The notes beneath the pieces are model-generated. The model searched no databases. It saw only the letters and a list, made by a program, of their open reading frames with translations, and had not been told where the DNA came from. DNA of 64,000 nt from Penicillus capitatus. Taxonomy: Eukaryota; Plantae; Chlorophyta. The stretch spans positions 1,973,288 through 2,037,287 of the forward strand of contig OZ287695.1 in the NCBI GenBank assembly GCA_965649825.1, read 5' to 3'. A program made the translations under genes and the position numbers. This document shows, in pieces, positions 57,159 to 64,000 of the stretch (position 1 is the stretch's first letter; each line of letters begins with the position of its first letter).

Positions 57159-60100
57159 CTAAACTGTCTGATGTTCATTGCCGTCGACGCGTCGACGGGA
57201 AATAGCACCAAGACGATTTCTGACAGGAATGTAGACAAAATGCGAAAGATACATGAAAACAATACGGAGTGGCGCGAGACGTGCGCCACAAGGGACACCC
57301 TTTCTGATCAGCACACTTCGAAGATAATCAGCAGATACTACGAAACAAATGATGAAGAGTAAGGCGAAGAAAACCAGGTTGAGCGTTGCGACAACCAATG
57401 TCACCAGAATACGAACAGCTGAAGAAACGTGATCGTCGCTGAAGAAGATGCTCGAAATGAAAGTCAGCGAAGATACAAGGATACATAAGCTCTCCACTTC
57501 GTTCAGATCATCAAATTCATTGCGGTAAGGACGGAATTTCGTTTGCAGATACAGAGCGACGATTAAGACGAACGCAGCCAAGACTTGCTGCAGATTGGCG
57601 CCCAATGGATAGGAAAAAACCACAACGGTCGCCAGAATAGCTTTTCGCAACATGATCAACGATTCCCAGAAGATATAGTCTTTTCGGTAAGACCTATACA
57701 TGAATCCAGAAACGTCGTAAATCCAGCCTTCCTTATAATCATCTGCGACGTTTTTAATGATGACATAACCGAGAGCGATCGGAAAAGAGAAAGTGAAAAG
57801 AATGAAGAGCGGCCATCCCAGTAATCCGAGCAACAGAGCATGGTTCCCCACATAACACTCGATGCTCGTGTCTACCGCCCAGTACTTCGAAACACTGTCA
57901 TGATTGATATTGACAGGATCATGGACTTCGATACAGCTAAAGATTTTGATGAGTGTCTTGGTGAGTGAGATGTAACTGATGTAGAAAACGACAGAAGCGC
58001 TGAGGGCAACATTTTTCAGGAGACGGTACACGTTGGTCGCTCTCGAACGGATATGGACGAGCAGCCAGAAAAGGGAAAAGACAAGGATGGCAGCGAGGGG
58101 CTGAAAAATCTCGAAGAGTGTTCGGCCGACAGAGCGCTCGACGGAACCTCCTGCTGGAAATATGCAGTCCAAAGAGCGACTGACAGCTTCAGATGTGATC
58201 CCGCTCGCAAACTCTGCAGAGCACCACAACGTCAAAACAGTCCATCACAGTGGAGATCTCTTTTTGTTTCACGCACCCGAGGTCTCGAAGAGAGCAATCA
58301 TGGTGATCGTCCACTTCACATTGACAGCAATCGCAATCGCTGTCACTTGAAGAAAATTCACCGTAATCTACAGAGGGAAGGAATGTTAGAAAGACAGACG
58401 ATGCCGCACCGTTACCTTAAAAAGTTCAATCGCTTTCCATTTTGCGAGTTCTGCATCTGTGTGACCGGGATCGTCGTTGGTATCGAGACGCGGATCGATT
58501 TCGCGATCGGGTCTGCGACTGGGTCCCGGGTCCATCATGCGTTCCGATCGGCGTCCCGTGATCATCATCTCCACCATTCTGAAGTTGACAGGAACAGAGC
58601 AGGCACTCGCATAGCTGGGACCAGATACCGAAGAAGGTAAATCATCTTCGGACAGCTGCCGTAACGAAGGACCAGAAATGAGATTCCCTCGAATACCGAT
58701 AGCTGATAAAATCAAGAGGACAAGGAAGGACAGAAGAAGCAAGACGGCGTTAGTAAAGCCCGAGAAACATTTCTCACATAGAAGTGAGTGCGATTTCCCG
58801 TATGACGTTTTACAGGATCCACACAACGGTCCTTCGTGGCCCTGCAACAACAACTTTTAGACAACGGTTCGATGACGGGATCCGATCACACCTCTCTGCA
58901 CTGTGCCTCGTTGTATGCTTCGATCTGCGTCTCGTTGAACACGCAGTCCGTTAAAGAATTTGCCACATTGTCCAGCCTCTCTTGCCGTTCTGGGTGGTCG
59001 CAAGCTCGTGACGTGAGACATCTTTGGATGTGTTCTGAGCACGGCATATGGTTCCAGTATCCTTCGTTTGGCAGGATGTAAATGAATGTGCAGTTTCCGT
59101 CTTCCGGGCACGGGTGACAGGTTTTGTCCGTTTCGGGAAGGAAACTGAACGTTGAAGAACTGCAGGAAACGCAGAGATCTCCATTTTCGTGACGCACATG
59201 GCCTATGTCACATTCCTTGACCTGCACCTCGAACTTATGGGATTCGAGGCCTTCTTCTTCGAAGTCAATACGGAGAGTGTAGTTGCCAGGCTTCGCAAAT
59301 CCAGTAATGCTGATTTCAGCGACGGGATCTGACACAAGAAACTCTTGAGAGCCTTTGAAGAGTTGATCCTCGGACGATATAGTGGCGATCACATACCGAT
59401 CATTCTTACCGATGGCAGGATGCTGGCCACGATCGTCTTCAACTCGCAGATAGATGGTCATGGGGTCTCCACTCTCATAGTTTTCTATACGGTTGTCTCC
59501 TTCGGTGTCGTTTGTACTGACATTTATGGATGCTGTCGTTCGGTGAGCGAATGAGGCAATGTCGGGTCCATACTGGCCAGCCTTGTTCCTTTGCCAAACC
59601 TTACAGTCAGTTTCGGACAAATCTTCTCCGTCTGTCTCGCCGTCTGTTACGTTGACGGTCATCTTTGCTGTGGGGTCTAGTATACAATCATCTTGAATCA
59701 TTTTGGAACTGTCGGCAAATGCAGCTCCTCCAGCGATCTCTGCTCTGTTCTGTGAGAAGACGGTATCCGACAACGTAATGAAGGTGCAGTTGGACTCAGC
59801 ATCTGAACACTGTATCGACTGATCTTTGCTTCGCACATACAGTCCCCCTAGAGAACGAACGCATCGGTTACTGACATGACGGGATGACCGAACAAGACCT
59901 CCATGATCGGCTGTGTTCTTTCGAATCGTACAGTCCTTGAGTTCCCCCCTCTGTTGTGGGATGTCCGAGAATTCAAAAAAGAGCGCTCCGCCATCTGGTG
60001 CTGTGGATTTCGAGATGTCGATATTCCTTCCTTCGAAAGTAGATTCGTACACAGCAATGGCTCCTCCGCTTGCCTGTGACGATCCGTTGTTCATTTCACA

Positions 60101-62722
60101 GTCTTCCAGTACCAAGGAGCTATCGCGTCTCGCTGAAACAAAAGCTCCACTCAATTCTGCATATCCATCTCGGAAGCTCGATCGAGCAATGTGCACAGTT
60201 GAAGTGACGATCGAAACGGCTCCCCCAAACTCGAAGCATCTGTTGCCCACAGACGTTATCTTGTCAAGCATCTGATGGTCAAGAGTCTCATCGTCAAAGG
60301 AGCTTAGATGCATGGCGCCGCCATTTGCAGCAACATTCTTCTCGAACAGAGTGCTATTCACTCGGAATGACTTGGTGTATTCCGTGTACGTCTTGTTCCC
60401 CGTCGTCTCATTGTTTCCGGCCAGCGTGTTACGTTTGTTGGCATGTGTTTTTTCTATATAAATAGCGCCGCCATCGTCACCTGCTTCATTCTCCAGGAAC
60501 GTGGAGTCCGATATCTCCACTGTGATGTTTGCCAGATGCATCGCTCCACCGTCTTCATCAGAATGACATTTTCGAAAGGTCGAGTCCTGGACCGTCAGAT
60601 TTCCATCCAGTGAGCGTAGACATCCACCGTGCCTCGCTTCGCCGCCAGTCAAATCTGAGTGAAGAATGGTGACACTGGCATTCTTCCTCGAGTACAGAAA
60701 TCCTCCGTTCTCTGCGCTGCCGTCTCGGAGCTGACAATGGAAAAGAGTGATCTCGGATTCGGTGATCGAGAATACGCCGCCATCCGTGGCAGCGGAACTG
60801 CTGTGGAATTTGACATGCTCGAAGCGTGCAGTGGATTCGAGTTCCAACGAAACTGCCCCTCCTCTATCAGCCTGACTGTTACTGAATTTTGAGTCTGTGA
60901 TGCTGACATTGCTTGAAAGTCGAATGCGGAAGGCGCCGGCATGATCACCGGCTGTGTTGTTCATAACGGTCCATCCTGTTCCAGTTACCTTGGAAAACTC
61001 CGCATACATACAGCCTCCATCATCACCCGCACTGTTCGATATCATGTTGACGTTGTTGATGTTGGCAGACGAGACATTGGTCAATCGCAAAGCGCCACCG
61101 TCCACCACAGAGTGGCACTTTTCGAAAGTGACGTCTTCGAGGAGGATCGCACTGCTGAGAGATACATACACGCATCCGCCGTCTTTGGCAGTGGCTTCTT
61201 TGAATTGAGATCGGCGTATGGTCATATTAGAACTGTCTCTGGCGGCAATAAATCCACCTCTCTCGTCGGTGTGCCCCTCTGAAAAGTTGCAATCCACGAA
61301 GGTGCCAGTCGTCTTGTCTTGCAGCACCACAGCTCCACCTCCACCTTCCGTCGCTTTCGTTCCTTCGATCATGCAATTCCGCATCGTTACACTGGAAGAT
61401 TGCTCAGCAAACACGATGGCTCCCTCTGCGCCTTCGTTCTCTTCAAATTGGCAATCCTTGATGTCGGCGGTGGCGTTCACGAGATGCAGACAGACGCTGA
61501 ACGAATGGTCTGCGGCCATAAACGAGAGAGCATTGTTCGATAGATTCGACTTTTGCAATATCAGCGTGCCCTTGTCGATGTGAAAAATCTCCACTTCGTT
61601 ACTGATTGCTGTGACGTTCGTGGCATCGATTGTCGAACCGTCGGGAGCATCAAAAACGGTCGAATAGCTGTCTTCTGCCGTCTGATGTGTGAGTTCGACC
61701 GTGACATTTCGAAGTCGATTACGCTCTTTAGACAAGATGATTCCACATCGACCGTTGCACGTGTTGTTCTTCAATTCAATGTCGATCAGTTCCAGCGCCG
61801 AGCACGCAGGAGGCCTCATTCTGAGACTGGCAGTGTCATTCAAGACGTTGCCTTCGAAAGTGACATGATGCAGTCGGATATCGCCACCATCTTTTGCACC
61901 CTCGTCGCTCCTGCATTTTGAAACGTCGATGATCGCTTTGGCTCCTCGGGATTTATTGAGTGAGCAGTTTTCGAATCTGAGATTGGCAAACAAGGCATCC
62001 TTGGACCTTCACACAAACAGACAGAGCATGAGAAAACGTCTTTTCAAGGAGGGCTCGTTTACCTGACAATAAAGACACCGTTTTCTGCATCGGCGGGACA
62101 CGTAAACGTAGCCTCTCTCTCCGCTTCGGGGTAGACACCGTTGACGAGACATGTGCTCTCGGTTACTGCACTGATCGTAACGTTGTTTCCGATTTCAATC
62201 GGGTTATTCACCAAAATGCGTTCGCTGACGTTAAGAAGGAGAACGTCGCCGTCATTCACGCAGTTGATAATGGCCTGTAAATTGTTTCCTGCTTCCACAA
62301 GGATGTCGTCGTTGACAAGCCAACTACGAGTGATGTTGCCAAGACAATCTTCCTCTCGTGCGGTCAACGAAGCGCATACGGCGTCTAGGCTCGACAAAAA
62401 CCAGAACGCTCCTTCGAGCACGTGCGGACAGCCACAATGCCCTACCTTCGTCGCGGCTTCGCGCATCAACGGGGTTGTCTCTTGATGTCTGCGTTAAACG
62501 TCGAGCATACTGACTGTGGAGTGGAAACGTCTCGAGCAAGTGGCCCGAAGCGTGGGAACGAAGGCGCTGTGTTGTGAAGGGCAGTTCTTCACGGTTTTCC
62601 GACGCGTATGCCGTCGTTTCAAGATGCGATATCTCCGCGAAGGCATCATTTTGAAGGGCGAACAAGAGTCCGAAGCCCAGAAGCACGAATAGGCGAAGAG
62701 ATGACGCCATGCGAAGCAACAT
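57159..62722 (-). CDS. Large secreted-pathway protein: Pmp-like parallel beta-helix repeats, Cys-rich linker, multi-pass TM C-terminus
   Basis: N-terminal hydrophobic leader; repeated FxxN...GGA(I/V/M/L); CVSC/CHPCP; GPLCGSC; several C-terminal hydrophobic helices; exon boundaries approximate. Confidence 0.8.
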
Positions 62723-63667
62723 GCGTTGTCAAGTGCATATGAGATATACAACACCCGGCAAATTTAAATCTCTTACGGTTGGCCGTTCGCGGGAATATAC
62801 TGCTTGAGGACATAGCACGGGGTGTTGTTTGTCATAGGCCTCTCTCTTTTGCCGCGTATGTGTGCAGCAAGGCTATCTGACTCCATAACAGCGTTCGGTG
62901 GGCTCTTGTCAGCACTCCGCGTTTCCGCGGACCGGAGCTTAAAAGAAGTACAATTTGTACCTTGAGCGGCTGACAACCTGCTTCGGAATTCCAAGACGCT
63001 GCTCGAGGCAGTAGAGTGGTAGAAATGTGATGCTCGCGTAGACTTCCCTTCGCATGTCTATGCCCATGCAACGGACGGAGAGGCTCGCAGATTCTTCTTG
63101 CCACGCGGTAAAGGTGCAGCATTCGTGTCAGAATGCACCGGAATGAACGAAAGGATCCTTGGTTAGAACTGTCTCTCTTCTATCATGAAACAATAGCCAT
63201 GTGATGGGCAACATCAAGGACTCTGCGCTCTTACCTTTTCGTGACTTCTGCGGCAGCCACTCTCACCATAACGCTCCATGACACTGTTCATGTCTCTGAA
63301 GTCGAGACGGCTTTGATGGCTGGTGCTTGTCTCACGTCGACTGTTACTTGCTGTCCGCTCATGATGCACGACTCCCCATTCACACGGCTCATTATTTTAG
63401 ATGTAGAATCGCGGTTTTATCCTTGCATTCTCTCAGGTACAGACAACAGGATGTTTAACACAGCCATCAGCAGCGAAGAGATCTGCCTCGATTCTTATTA
63501 GAAACGACAACGCTGAGATGACTTCATCGAGATACCAACAGCGCAATATTCTTAGTATGGCAAGCCGATCGTCTTTTTTGAAGCACTCTTTCGAAGGCGA
63601 CCGATTTCGCGCAATACTTTTGCGCATCAGGCATTCGAAAGAAACGACGTGGTGCACGATCCTGTGT

Positions 63668-64000
63668 TTAAGAAGAAAAGCTCTTGAGTTTGAGAAACGC
63701 CGTTAAGCCGTCTGTCAGTTTTGGAGGCCACCGGCGATACTCCGATAACCATTTCGGATCCGAATACCGCGGATCTTCAACCTTCTCCCATTCCGTCTCG
63801 GCTTCGCCCTCGCGTCCTTCTCTCCACAGAATTGCCACATATGCCGCACGCATGTCTGTAAACTCAGGATACTTCTGCAACAGACTCTGAATCAAACGCG
63901 CCGCCTCTTCTTCCTCTCCTGCGACACAAATCTAAACCAGATCAAGGCGCACAAGGCATAACCCTTCTGGTAGAGTGCGACAGCTTTGTTTGCTTTTGCA
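63668..64000 (-). CDS. 3' end of a TPR-like protein (cyanobacterial/plastid-type family), partial
   Basis: KYPEFTDMRAAYVAILW...GEAETEW...DPRY...RRWPP. Confidence 0.7.

Overview
Eukaryotic nuclear DNA, most likely a green alga. This is inferred from a chloroplast GapA with transit peptide, many ~50-nt GT-AG introns and Pmp-like beta-helix/multi-TM proteins; the taxon is not verified. The first ~42 kb is mostly transposon-derived and the last ~22 kb is gene-dense (ABCG, GapA, RPAC1, TFIIF-alpha, RLK, 2x GILT, Pmp-like TM protein, TPR protein). The main discovery is at 3164-16616: a ~12-unit array of a 231-bp, densely palindromic monomer. It is interrupted twice, at the identical nucleotide, by near-identical intact two-ORF non-LTR retrotransposons (APE-RT, R1/I-group-like). 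Each is flanked by a 12-bp duplication, CCCCGCCGACGA, which is exactly the linker between two palindromes of the monomer. The element has only ~16 nt before its ORF1 ATG and no poly(A), so it appears to target the repeat and may borrow it as promoter/5' leader. Other notable items: an intact Gypsy (identical 151-bp LTRs, GATGC TSD) with a TM-bearing Gag N-terminus, inserted in a serpin exon; one unusual PBS shared by three LTR elements; a duplicated in-phase last exon of TFIIF-alpha; a Pelle-type kinase with bacterial-type Ig ectodomain repeats; and a dense hairpin cluster near 35.1-35.3 kb. All coordinates and alignments were read by eye, and no database searches were run.
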